Under the pieces are notes generated by a model, which saw nothing but the letters and a program-made list of their open reading frames with translations, was not told the DNA's origin and did not search any database. A stretch of DNA of 58,408 nt, counting the filler, from Sphacelaria rigidula (Eukaryota): NCBI GenBank assembly GCA_964200075.2. It is 6 parts of 6 records of this genome, joined end to end, with 100 filler letters (N's around TTAATTAATTAA, not from the genome) between each part and the next. Parts side by side here need not be neighbours in the genome. Positions count along the whole stretch, not along the records: positions 1 to 9,653 come from CAXNAA020008027.1; positions 9,754 to 19,405 come from CAXNAA020008028.1; 4 more parts are not named here. The stretch is one strand, 5' to 3'. Both the position numbers and the translations under genes were made by a program. Shown one piece after another: positions 1-12,800 of this stretch. The first letter of the stretch is position 1; each line of letters opens with the position of its first letter.

Positions 1-59
1 AGACGCCAGACACGTCATTCCTGACCAGCCTCATTGGTCGTTCTGGAGGCCCGGCCCCA

Positions 60-445
60 AAAGGGTTAATGAGATCATGTTCCGTGCCATGGGCCTCGAG
101 TACCTACCAGTAATCCTGGTAAGTTCGGCGAGGCGTGAGATGAAGTTAATACTTTGGCTGCAGGCTGTCGCTACCGAGCGCTCGTGTGCATACATGTGTG
201 CGTGGGTGGCCGGCATCCGAGGTCATCGGGACAGTAGAGCGGGCAAGGGGCAGAAGAAAATATACTAACCTCGCAAAGCCCATCAGACATTTCGGTTTTT
301 GTCAGTATTTCTTGATGAATTTCTTCAATAATATTCACACAATAAGAAAAAAATCATGTCAATTTTCGAAACATTGTCCTCCGGGAGGAGAGGGGGGCGG
401 GCGGGGGGGGGTTCCGTGTCCGAAAATCTTCTCACGACAGATCCT
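60..445 (+). repeat. Dispersed repeat, copy A
   Basis: Homologous to the reverse complement of 15780-16120 (e.g. ggcatccgaggtcatcgggacagt / actgtcccgatgacctcggatgcc). Confidence 0.85.
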
Positions 446-1447
446 TGCATTATCCGGTTCTCTTCGCTGAGCGCAGAACCTGCCGTGAACAGGAGCTCTC
501 ACGCCCCTGCACTCGGATTTGAAGCACACAACGCTTACAACTTGGCACGAACCGCATATGTCGCCGAGGAGCACTGGGGTGCTAAAGTTGGTCCCTCGAA
601 CGAGGCTCGCGCCCAACCCGCCGCCCTCAACAAAAGCATGTGAAAACAAATCATAGACGGAGAGGGGGGCAGGGGAACCTCGGAGGAGAGGTCTGAGTGG
701 GAGTGACTTTATTTTGGTACGTGCGTGTGTCGACACTCTGACAACTCATCATGAGAAAAGCGCTGGCGCTTGTGTTACCAGCCGCACGGAACACCCGAGG
801 TGGAGAACGCGGCGTGTACTCGAACAGACGACAGCATATTGACTGTATCTTGCTATTATATTTGTTAGTCGTATTGAATCTGGTGGTACCACCGTGTGCA
901 CCGTGTCGTATGTATAACATCCGTCCGCTACAACAAAGCCTTAACTTGTTGATTGGGATATCATGGAGCAAGTGTCACCCCCCCCGGGTGCATCAGATGT
1001 TGCATTGTCATACATTTCGCTTGAAAAAAGGATGTAAGTCCCAGATACCCTACCCTGGCGGTCGAATGCTTACAATATTTTTTTTTGGTGCCGGCAGGAA
1101 CGGGTCACCCTCTGCAGATATTTGGTGTAATATAATTCTTACTGATACTCATAAGACAAAGGAAAGGTGTGATGAAAAGAAAGGGTTTTACCCTAAAATG
1201 AGGTTCACAAGTACCTTGGAATAAAGACACAAAGGAACACAGTGGGGAGAGAAGAGAAAACAACTGTGTAATGAACTAACTGTACATTGTACAACACTTC
1301 GGCATAGTGTTGGGCTCTAAACATTGTCCAGGCTGCATACACCTCCACAACGCTGACACAGCGTGGGCTGATACTTCTATTTCAAGTGCTTGTAACCCCT
1401 TGACCGCCAGAGTGAGCGACCTCACTATTCAAGTGAAGGTGACGCCG

Positions 1448-2060
1448 ATTCAGCAGGTGATTGATTGATATGATCGATTATCGCACTTGAACTGACCCCC
1501 CAGGGATCCAGCCGTGGTCATTATCCACATGCTAGACATACCCGAGAGAGACAAACCAAAACTGAAACACTCGCTCAAGAAAAAAGAAGAAACAGAAAAA
1601 TTAGAAGAGAACAAACTAAAAAAAAAGCTTGGCCTCTCCCACGTGGCTTCGGCGGAAAAGGTCTTGCGCAGAACCACACCCATACCCAGTCGTGGGAAAC
1701 AAAAGGCCGTGGGAAAAAATAGACTGCAGCTCATCTACTACGACCGCACTATTTGGGGTGGGGACCCTCTCATCCATGGAAAACACAATGAAGCGAGGTA
1801 CCACACTGCTCTGGCATACACCATATACCGGCAGGAAATAACTTATACATAGAGAGAAAGATGCGGAAAAGGGGGAGCAGAGAGGAAGGAAATTACAGAA
1901 GTAGTGAAGTCCAAAGAATTCAGGGCAGCAGAGCAGATACAGACACACACCAGGGGCACCGCAGGGTCACCGACCAAGGACACAATCAAGAACCGATAAG
2001 AGTAGACAGGATTCTTCGATTGGCGGCTCTCGACGCAGCCGCCTCTCGTTGGTGACGGCG
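1448..2060 (-). mobile_element. Retroposon 3' region (same tail family as 24993-25127)
   Basis: gattgattgat tail, the shared core sequence, then an A-rich body. Only about the first 170 bp are confirmed by homology; the far boundary is approximate. Confidence 0.55.
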
Positions 2061-2174
2061 GTCCGATTCTTGTTCATCTTCGCGTCGCCACGTGTCCACT
2101 CTTCCGCTCCTTTTTCGACTTTATGCCATTTTAGCGTGTTCTTCGCCGCAGTGACCCAACCCAGGATGACACAG

Positions 2175-2705
2175 ACAGAACCCTGTGGCTCTTCGATACG
2201 TGGGCTGTCTGAAGTTGGGGTCATTACAAATGGCGGGACGGTAGTGCGAGAAGCACATTTCGGTTGGCGCAGGAATTGTTCAAACGGTAGAAACACGTGG
2301 TTGCACAGGTAGGGCGTACTTGCATCACTGCAGTCCGTGCATCGATGTCCTCTGCGTCTGTGTGCAGCAAGAATAGCTCAAGCCTCGCCGTGAACAAGTC
2401 ATACACACGCAGAGGCACCCAGATTGAAAAAAATGAACCCTGCGGAACTCTTCTGTGTTTTTGAAAAAATCCCATATGCCGCAGAACCCTCAGACTCTCC
2501 GATACGGGTTGTCTAAACTTGGGGACATTACAGTTGGCCGCACGATTTGGCGGGGAGCACACATTTTTTCCTGGCGCAGGAATTGTTCAGACGATAGATA
2601 CACGCGGTTGCACAGGCAGAGCACACTTCAATCACGGCACGCAGCGCATCGGTGTTCTCTGCGCCTCTGTTCGGGAAGAAAGCGCTGCAGCGTCCTCGTT
2701 AAATA
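2175..2705. repeat. Diverged tandem pair (about 225-bp units at 2175-2400 and 2480-2705)
   Basis: Shared blocks such as tggcgcaggaattgttca, acacg.ggttgcacagg and ctctgcg.ct. Confidence 0.8.
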
Positions 2706-2774
2706 AACTAAAACAATTGGGATCATTTGCAATTCTTACAAACTCCACATGCCACACCACTTGACACCTTTCAA

Positions 2775-2877
2775 CCCTTAGACCGCGAGGGCAGTTCACC
2801 TGCTGAATCAGCATCAACAATCACTCGAAAAAAGATATGCGTGATTCAGGTGAACTACCCGCACCGCCGTCCAAGGG
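2775..2877. mobile_element. piggyBac-like mini-MITE (about 100 bp)
   Basis: tcaa|CCCTTAGACCGCG ... CGCCGTCCAAGGG|ttga. The flanks resemble a degenerate TTAA. Confidence 0.65.
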
Positions 2878-5295
2878 TTGACGCTCGGATGTTCACATCT
2901 GTAATTGGCATCATTTTCAATTGAGAAAGCATGGAAATGATGCCGATTCAACAAATAAAATTCTAAGTAGGGTCTTTTGGGCGAAAAACCTACTTGGGCT
3001 CAAAAGAGCCTACGGAGCAAGGGTACTCAGAGGACCTTCTGCACTTCTGCACTTCTCTCACGACCGACCGGGCTAATCCTGCGTTTCTAATTGGCTAGCT
3101 TGATGTTTCCATCAGGAAGAGCGGAGACACTTGATTTTATTTTTCTCTACATGTTTCGTGAGCGATTCGCGGAGCTAACAGGAAGACCGTAGTCTTGTGT
3201 ACCGACAAGCTGGCCATTATCAAGTACAACCATCATACTACTGTATTCTTGCATCTTTTGTACGTGATACGCAAGTGTAAGGTCACGGAACACCTCACAG
3301 ATCAACAAGAGTATTCACTTGACAAGGTGGCAGCGTCAGAGGGGTCTACGCCCCCTCCGACTTGCGTGGGGTAGGCGACGAATAATGCATAGAGCGAGGT
3401 TGAGGGCGAGGAATCAGGTTTCCGACACGCGCTGAACCAGTTTGACCTGAGGTCAGCGCAGTCAACCGTGCCCCGTTTTCGTGGGAAGAATCGTTTCGCT
3501 CAGGCCGTGTCTTTAGCACACATAATTTTTTTATCCAAAAAGCGCGGCGGAAAACAAAAATTCCGATCTGATAAGTGAGCTCTCCCCACACATACGTTGC
3601 GTGGGACACCGTGTACACCCTCGTTGGTCGAGGATTCACAGTATGCCTTGGCTTAGGGTCAGGGTCAACGTTAGCTCTAGAGTTTGATGAAAACATATAA
3701 TGTCCTAATCATGGTGTTTTGCCGATGAGTGAGCCGTGCGTACGCACTTGTCGTGAACGATGGTTGAAGATATTTCTCGGGAATTTATTATCTTGAAGTA
3801 ACCCTAACCCTAGCCCCAGCGAGGTATATCGAAAACCATCGGGCGAGAGGGGTGCAAAAGGTCCTCCAGGAAAAACTGTGCGCCGGCAGACCTCGAATCG
3901 GCGCCTCGCCGGTTTGGATAATGAAGCGTTCTGCGTAAGCTAGGAGCACGTGCACTGTCAGCCCCACTACATATCCGAATATCGGTGTTCACGCTCAAAT
4001 CAAGTAAGAAAAATCCGCGAGAGTTTTTCATGGCAACTGCGTAAGCTCTACTCATACTTCGCCGGATTCGCGTGACCCGCTTCTCGACGTCCGTGATATG
4101 GTAGTGGCAACCAGGGGACTGACTTTGATTGACTGGCCGTGACTCCTCCGGTTGAGGTTAGCTTTTGTCGACGCTCTGGGGTACAAGTCAGGGGAAAGCG
4201 GAGTGAAAGGGGTACAGCCGCTTTGCTTTCGACGCTGTCCGAAGTTGTGGGCTATTCCCTGCTTTAGCGACGAATAACAGGCCCGGGTCCTGACATGCTC
4301 CTGACATGCTCGAGTGAAATTGAGTGTGATAATGTGACAACAAATGACATGCACACCACTATATCCACGCCACGCAGTGTTTTTAGAAGAGTAAAGCATC
4401 AGAAGACATCGTTGTTGGCGGCTGTGAGCAACGTGAGTGGAGTGATTCCTTGCTGAACAGGGTGTATGCTATGCTTTCGTGGATGTACTGTAATGTGGTG
4501 AGCAAGTGTTCCTCTCCCATGACACGGACACGATGTCAAGACAGGACGCTTCACATTAGATGCGGCAAAGTTTTTGAGGTCATGGTCCAGAAGTGTTGAA
4601 TCGCGAAACTCACACTGAGCAAAATACAACAATATGGCGGCATTCCGTGTAATTTCAGGTCGGCGTGATTCGGACATAACGCCTCGGCCAGAGGGCGCCG
4701 GTGTTAATAGCTGTTGTTCGTTGGAGATCAAGTAGATGCTTGGCCAATGTGGACGATGGCGGGTGGCAATGCATATTGCCTGCACTGTCATTAATGGTCG
4801 GTCGTCTTTTCGTCTCGATATAATCTGATACTGCGCTGTACTTCCTGTACCGTATGCGCACGAATACAGCGAAGGGTGGGGGAAGGGTAAGCGGTAGGGC
4901 TCAGCTATTACTTTGGAAGGACTTGTAACCGTCTCTATTTCTGTGCTGTTATTTGTTTTTTTGTCGCCAAAGGTGAAATCAATCATGACATGGACAGTAC
5001 TATCCCTCCGCATGGGTTCGGCTTTTGGCTCGTAACGCTGGTGGTACCCCGCAAACCAAACAGGCCACGGATCGTCCGTTCATGCCCCTATCCTTGATCC
5101 TACCTACCTTATATCTCGTGCACTTCATCACATTAAGGCAACTCCATTTGCGGTGACGCAGTTCCAACCGTAGAGACCCGCTCGATTGCGCTCAAAGGAC
5201 GACAGGGTGACGCGCTGAGTGCCATCGTTGATAGTGCTAGGCTGTCTTGCCGTGTTGCCTGATGCGTGTATATCGTCTCGACATGTCTTGCTCAG

Positions 5296-8200
5296 GCCTG
5301 GAAAGCGACGAAGGCCAAGCTCCGACGGACAATCACGGGCGGATGGACTCAGGGGGGTATCTAGATTGCAAACGAGCCTCACAACTCCGTTACTTAGCGA
5401 TGGCCTGGGGTTGCCACCTCAAAGGTTCCCGAAAGATGTCAAGGCGAGTAAGTCGTTCGCATCCCGCATTACCATAGTTTTCTCCGCGGCCTACGATTTG
5501 GATTTGCTTGTACCTGGACGGAATGCGTGAGCTCATGTAAAAGGCGTGGGGGTCAGTGGTGGGTGTACCGGAGGACGGCTTGACCAGCAACGACACTCAA
5601 TCTATGCTTTACCGTAGCTGGCTGGCTGGAGGGTCAGCTGACACCTTCTGTAGACTCATCAGGGCGTGAATTCATCTGTTTTCGTTCCCTCTCCATGCTC
5701 TTTTGCGTTGGTGCCACATCTGCGCTGTATGACCGTGCTGCATGGGTTGGATTTTCAGCTTCTGGAGGTGGAGGTGGAATATGCCAAAAATGTGCCCGTG
5801 ATGGATATGAGAGAGACAGGTACATTCTTGTTCGCCAGTTGTTTGTCAATATTTCACCGGGGGACATACACAGCATCCGGGAGAGGATTCTGTACTAAAG
5901 CGCCAATCATCACTCATGCACCATTTCAAGATGAAATAGTCGGTTCCCAGCTAATATCCAGAATATCTTATGGGCGTCGGTTCTCCCTTCGGGCGTAGTA
6001 CCCGAACTAACGGCGCAGGTATTCTTTGCACATTTTGTAGTACCTTACGCGACACTTGCGCAGGGTAATGCGGTTGATGCCACTCGCGTTTTTATTCGGC
6101 GGTGCTTGTCGGATGGGCAGACGAATTGCCGTCCACACGTGTGTTTTGCTGTATCTCGCTTAAAAATCCCATCAGATCATCGCGGTTCGGACCCGGCGGG
6201 TAGGTACGTGAGCTTGCGGATTATACCACTTCAAGAGGGCGTTGGGGAACAGGCGCGGCAGACTTGTCTGGCGAGGAAAGCTATCAACCCACGATGGGTG
6301 AGGGTGGAGTAGGTGTGCTTTGTTGTGCTGGTCCTGTGTTGTCCTTGTATCTGCAATTGATTGTCATCTCTGATAAGGCGCCATCCTCCCTCTGCTGCAT
6401 CACCAAGCATCCTTGACCCGCACGTCCGTCTGTTTTCGCTTTGATCCCCTCTCGCGTCGTGTCCTGTACTTGTTATTCCTCCACACCTTTACTGCTGGGA
6501 CACATGTCCCTTCGCGTGAACGTTGAACATGGGGCAAAACGGTTGCGTTGTGCACTGGGTATGGTACTGGCAGGGGCACCAAGACACGTTCACGTTCTTC
6601 GTCACAGATACGGGAGCAAGTGCGAAAGTTTTCCTGTCAGTTCACCTCATGCACCGTCCACCCAAGCGCCCAGTGGCCCCCATCGCCACCCTCCCAAACA
6701 ACCATAGCGCTTTTGACTTTTCATCACACGACGCCAACCTGCCCACTGGGGCACAACCTGGGGATGTAGAAGTGGGCAAAGGTTTCGTAGATCTGCTGAG
6801 ACTTTTCCCGGATTCTGGGAAGGGGAACATCCGTCGTCTGTCGGTCCCCATCCGGTCTGCGAGAAAAAGGTAAGCGCGACGTTCGTCATAACTATTTTTC
6901 CCGTGGTACCCTCGTTCGTGGATCTCCGCGATACTGCCACACCTAAGGCTTGAGATGTTGCCGTCGTCGAGTAGAAATCCCCATCTAGTACAGAACGGCA
7001 GCGGCGTGTCCTTCTGGATGAGAGTTGTTGTTGTTGTTGTCGTTGTTGTCTTCACATTAAAAACCGTTCCGATATCTGCGCGGTACACTCGTANNNNNNN
7101 NNNACTCGTACTGGGCATCTGATGCGGACGCCTTCCGTGGTCACAGGCTAGCAAAAAACCAAAAACCAAAATAGACCCAGATTAAAACTCACAACATGCG
7201 ATACAAGCACAACAGCGATAAATAATACTGGAGTAGAGAAGAGAGTACATATGGCTGACCTCAAAAGATCCGGTTAGAGTAAAGCCTGAGATTCGACATG
7301 TACTCTTATATCATGAGAGAAGTTTGAAAACTTTCCACAGAAGGCTGCTGGTGTATTTTTGCTGCCCTCTCGTTTCAGGCCCTACCTGGTTCTTGACATA
7401 CTAAACCATGAGTGTCCGTGACCGCTATTATACACACCCACGGTCCTCGTCAGTGACTTTAGCTTGTTTCTTTTTCTTGAGTTATTTCCCCTTCTCTTTG
7501 TGACTTTCGTTTGGTGGATCCAGGCGCACAAGATGCGTGGTGATGCTTGGGATAAGATGTCGCCGCGTGAACGAAACCATCGACACTCAGGAGGACAGGT
7601 GCCTGTGCCTTACCAAGTACCTCAATGTTGGATTGCCTGTTTGCTTTCAATGCCGACACTGAGGTAAGACATCTGAGAATGTGTTTGATGTTCCACGTGT
7701 ACTCAGATAGTCAACTAGCTTGGGGTTTGGAAGCTGTGCTGCAACATGTAGTACAGGCGGACTGGACCGGCGAGCACCACTAAATGAAGAAGCGAAGAAG
7801 GGCCGATGAACGACACACAGCCAGGCGCCAACAGGCTCCTGCTGTGGCATTTTCTGCACTCGTGTGCGTCTGAGTTGATATTCGTATGCGGCGTCCCGAT
7901 GAATTTCTCGCTACTTTTTGTGCTTTACTGCAGATTGTTCGAGTATCAACGATGGACCCCTGCTGCAGGCTGGAGCGCAACGGGCAGCAGAGATTCAAGG
8001 AGATGTAAGCGGATCCGTTGTGGTTTAGTGGTGATCGAAACGCAGTCAAATTTGGCATGTCCTATCCGATAAATGCGGCTATCGAAGTCGCGAGTGCGAA
8101 CAACAAGAGCAGATTCCTTCAACATGATACTGTAAACGGTAGAAATGAACGCGCTTGGTGCCTGATAACCCATGGCACAATGTTCTCGTGCACGAGCAGT

Positions 8201-8957
8201 ACCACGATGATGAGGCACGACGATTTTTGGACCGATGATATCACATGTCACCATCAAACATGACCTGATCGTGCGCTTGCAGGGAGCACAGTGGACGGGA
8301 GCGTGTTCAGTGAGTCCTTCGCAGGCGTGGCACCTCCAGCGAGAGGAGACTCAGAGGTGTGTGACTGCTCCATCAAACTGCCATCAAATCCTGTCAGTAT
8401 CTTACAAGTTGTGTTTTCTGCAACCATGACTCATGACATGTGACACCGGAGCCTTGCAGCTGTTCTGAACAATACCTGCGATGCTCCTAAGTTCGCAACG
8501 TATGCTGTAGAGGTTGCCCCATAGCGAGTATGAAACGTATCGCATGCGTCGTTCGCGTAGCGTTGAGTTAGCGTAATCCTATTTATTTGAAACTGTCATG
8601 TCGCCACGCGAGATGCCAACTCGACATGTCGCCTCGTCTTGAGCATAAGTAACATCCGCCTCCAGAAATAATACCACAAAGTGCGCAGCTCACGCTTGCG
8701 CCTCTTTTCCGGCCTGTTGTATTGGGCAGGTTGTGCTGCCCTGGTGCCCATTCGGGGGTTGGGAGTACTCGAAGGGCGAAGAAGGCGCCGCAGGCGCTGA
8801 TGAAAAAAGCGAATACAAGGCCGACAATGGCAACGACAGCTATTTGAAACGTTCCTCCGTGTGGTCGGAAAGACCACGCTCGACGGGTGTGCGACGGAGA
8901 CTGTGGCGACGTGTTTACCGCGACCACGGGTCCGCACTTTCGGAGCAACCGACATGA
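5296..8957 (+). CDS. C2-domain + C-terminal DysF (dysferlin/Pex24-like) domain protein, 3' part (8 exons; 5' exons unresolved)
   Basis: Phase-consistent exons: 5296-5443 (GC donor), 5759-5819, 6176-6297, 6574-6869, 7524-7598, 7934-8004, 8283-8356, 8730-8957 (TGA). The joined protein reads LLEVEVEYAKNVPVMD..GSDP..YVSLRI..QTCLARKAINPRWGHQDTFTFFV..LSVHLM..DVEVGKGFVDL (C2), then LFEYQRWTPAAGWS..WSTVDG..GGWEYS..VRRRLWRRVY (DysFN/DysFC signatures). Confidence 0.85.
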
Positions 8958-9439
8958 TTTTTAACGATTTTCACGAGGATTTTGTGAATGGACTATGACC
9001 TGGCTTTCGGAAGAAATATCGGAATCGGCTTCAGGAAATCGGTGTCCTCCATGCTTGATGCTTCCTTTACTTTTGCTCCATGCTGTCCGTGGTGAAAAAT
9101 AACGGCTACAACTCCACCATCAATCCACTGGGCTGTGGAACGCATGGAGCACCTACGCTAACATTTGAATGCGATCTTGAGGGCTGAAAGTGCGTACTGA
9201 AAGGCGCGCGTGATGAGCAACTTGTAGCATTTGTGACAGGGGTGTAAGGCATGATACCTGTACGTTGGAAGTTTTTTTCACCATACCGTGAGCATGGGTA
9301 GTGTACATGTTTCGCTTCATTGTATAACGGGGAAGAACGCCACGACCCTGCATGTGAATATTCAAGGGGTGATTTGTCACTTCAACCGCAAGACTACTCG
9401 AAGTTTTGGGGCGCTACAGGATACACCTAGGTGGGGTGG

Positions 9440-9653
9440 TCCTTGTCTCATCATACCACTTTAGACCCACTTTTATGGCAAGCACGAATCTTGATTTTTT
9501 CAAAATCGGGGGGACGAAAAATCGGGGGACGCATTTTATGGACACGGATTTGGACCAAGTCGGGGCCAAAAAAATCGGGGGGTCACGATCTCGGAACGGT
9601 TTTCCCCGATTTTTCGAAAAATCGGGGGAAAACCGTTCCGAGATCGTGAGTCC
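9440..9653. repeat. Palindromic MITE-like repeat truncated at the scaffold end
   Basis: Near-perfect hairpin 9583-9649 centred on ttttcgaaaa. A related half-copy lies at 10615-10715. Confidence 0.75.
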
Positions 9654-9753
9654 NNNNNNNNNNNNNNNNNNNNNNNNNNNNNNNNNNNNNNNNNNNNTTA
9701 ATTAATTAANNNNNNNNNNNNNNNNNNNNNNNNNNNNNNNNNNNNNNNNNNNN
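9654..9753. other. Artificial 100-nt scaffold spacer (N + TTAATTAATTAA); also at 19406-19505, 29157-29256, 38908-39007 and 48659-48758
   Basis: An identical all-frame-stop linker occurs every 9751-9752 bp. Confidence 0.98.
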
Positions 9754-9859
9754 GCTAGTGCGGCAGAGCTAGACTCGACTGACTGATAGTAGGCTTCTTG
9801 CCCGGCCCAGCTCGTAGAACACGGCCGTCCTCACCCTCAAACCCACAACATGTTCTCAC

Positions 9860-12800
9860 CAGCTGGTTGACATAGCCCACCCAGTCGCCAAGCACGTACG
9901 GATTCGAGTAACGGCAGCGGTTGGTGTTGAGGTCGGTCACGCGCCCGTCGGCTTGCTTGCGCGGGATCAAGTGTCCGTGCTTGCCCCGGATGGCCAAGGC
10001 GGTGTGCTTGGCGAATTTGCTAATTTCGTTGCAAATATCGGAGCCCGACTCGCCGGAGCCCACAACCAATACGCGCTTCCCGGCGAACTCTTCGGCAGAG
10101 CGGTACTTCTCCGAGTGCATGATCTCGCCCTTGAAGCACTCCTGCCCCTTAAAGCATGGCAAGGAGGCCCAGGTGTTGGTGCCGGTGCAGATGCAGATGC
10201 CGTGGAATCCTCCCTCGTCGCACATCGGCTCCTGTTTCATCAATTGGTTATGGGGCATAACCGATTTTGATCTCAACAGGTGTTCCCATAAAAATACTCA
10301 CGTCTCCCTCAATGTACCGAGTCCTGACAGTCATTTTCTGCATGTGTGGCAATGTCGTACCTTGGTACGCCACGGTAATACAGTGCAGGACATCATGGCT
10401 CACCACAATACAAGATAATGTCTTGTGGAGAACATCATGGCATCTTGAAATTCAACAGTCGACAAGCAGTGCGCGAGGAATAGACTTCCGTAGTGTAGTG
10501 CCATGCATCACCCTGCCAGTACAGCGGCAACAGACTATGAGAACACAGTACCGACAGCAGCTGGGGCGGGTAGGCACGTCCTGTGCTGTCACCAGACCTT
10601 TGCTGCGACTGCAAAAGTATCGCGGAAACCACTCCGAGATCGTGACTCCCCCTCATCTGGTCCAAATCGGGACCCATGAAATGCGTCTCGTGAAAAAATA
10701 TCGGGACTGGACTACTCCATGAAAAAACGCAGAGTACGACCGTCAACATGAAAAGCGTTTCGTGAAAAACTATCAAGACTGATCTACCCCGTACCCAGAG
10801 TACGACTGACAACACTCGAAGTGTGAAACCCGTCGAGACAGGGTAGTATCGTCAGTAGACCCGTAGAACCGGTGCCGACCAAATGGATCGACCAACTCCA
10901 AGCTTCGACGTGTTGGTCAGCCGTTTTTCAACGCGAGAAACAACGACTTGCGATCGGAGTTACAATATGGGGGCCAAGTGCGGGGTAAAGTTGACTGCGC
11001 AAGATGTGGCTCACACCTCTGGATCTTCCTCCGGCACGGGGTCGTAGGCGCGGTGAGGAGGCGAGTAGCGGTTCTTCTTGTACTTGATGTGCCACACGCC
11101 CGAGGTGGGGCACCGCTTGATGTTTTCCACCCTCGTACGGAAATTGATGTACTTGTAAAGATCGAACTTCTTCGCGAAACCGTCGAGATAAGCGAGGTAC
11201 TCCGTGTCGCTCCAAAACTTGGGTTTCGCCTCCAACCCATCGCTGTAGTCCGAGTATGCCGTTAGGCAGCTACGCCCCATCACGATATAGACAGATTGTG
11301 CGGCACAGAACAAAGTAACGGCCACGCGCTGTGCACCATTAGCCACAGTTTTGAGTTTTATACAGAGTTCCGTGACGTTCACGCAAAGAACCGCTGGGTT
11401 TCACAGGTGGCTCCGACACCGTTATGCAGGCAGTCAACCTTCACATGCACGTTGTCCGGTTCGGTCGCGATAATTTGAAAACTACTGGACACTACTCCAA
11501 GTGAGCTACCAACACGAGTACCAGACCATCTCGGCACGTTACGACTATCCTGTACTGTATTAATTTGTATGAATCGTATGATCCCACACCACTGCTGCTT
11601 CGTACGGTGACAAAATGTGATGAGGAAAGACGGGGTTGACCACACTCGCACGGCTCGCGCCGGGGTGTAGCACAATCGTGGCGGGTCTATTTCCCCGCAA
11701 GCGACGGGAAGCACGGTTCGCGGACAATGTGACGCTCTATGTAACTGCCGGACATGTGTTTCCTGGCTTTCGCTACAGAGGGTGATTGATTGCAATGCCA
11801 CTACTCTGGGGATGGAAAAAGGTATATTCAAACAGAGAAGCTATGGTTGGAAAATGCGCACAAAGAAGAGTGACGTGCGGAGAAATGACAACCGCTTGGA
11901 AAATGCGAGAAACATGCTTTCAAATACGATTACCGTGTTGAATAATTCGTTTGTAGCCTGCACGCTATCGCCCAGCTTGGTCAAGAGGCATGGGGTCACT
12001 AGCAGAACTTCACCAGGCACGGAATGATTTGAGGCACCATGACTATGGTATCGCGAGACATTTGAGGAAGCAGGGCGAGTTGGAGAATCGAAAGCCTTCG
12101 ACTATCGCATGTGGATTGTATGATTTGGGCAACACATCTTGATTGGGTTGATTTGAGCACGCAGTACTGTCAGCAGCTGGCCGCTCTCGGTTACATCCTC
12201 GAACAACACCCGCATCTTGAGATCCAGGGCTTACTTCACCTGCGATCTCGTCGGTGACTCGACTCAATCTTGCCAATGACAGCAGTTGATGTTCGCAAAC
12301 ATTGGGCACGACGGGCACGTCATGCTACTCCTGTTTGCTCCGAATATCAGGTGTACCTCTGGTGGCGAGACCGAAGAAAACATGGACTTTCGTAGACGTG
12401 GAATCCTCCGCAAATACGAAGGTCGTGCCGACAGGTCACATTCTGACCATGACCGATTTACAAGACAACACTCTGGCCATGAGTCTGATGCCGTGACTGT
12501 TGGACGGCCATCGTTTCCGCGTCAGCGACTTTTTCGTACCGACAATTCAAACAAAGAGCATCACTCGAGAGGTGGGGGCACTTCAGCTGGGATCTTTTGT
12601 CCTCAATTTCCCCATCCAATTTCAAGTTTGTCTGTGGTCAGGGAAACACTGGTGCGGAACGGGGCACCGTTTTTGTCCATCTCACGCATCAAGTAGAGTC
12701 GAGACCAAACACATGGCGTACCTGCTGGTGGTGAGGGTGGTGTGGTCGTAGGATTTCGCGTACACTCCTCCGATGACAGGCAGGGTCTCAAAGCACACAA

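Noticed and set aside
3182..5210. PH-like upstream exons of the C2-DysF gene
   Set aside because: Candidate blocks (3182-3326, about 4005-4040) could not be joined in a consistent frame.
8283..8309. 27-nt micro-exon using the gtgagt donor at 8310
   Set aside because: Its phase does not match the final exon. Extension to 8356 restores the frame and a DysF-like VAPP segment.
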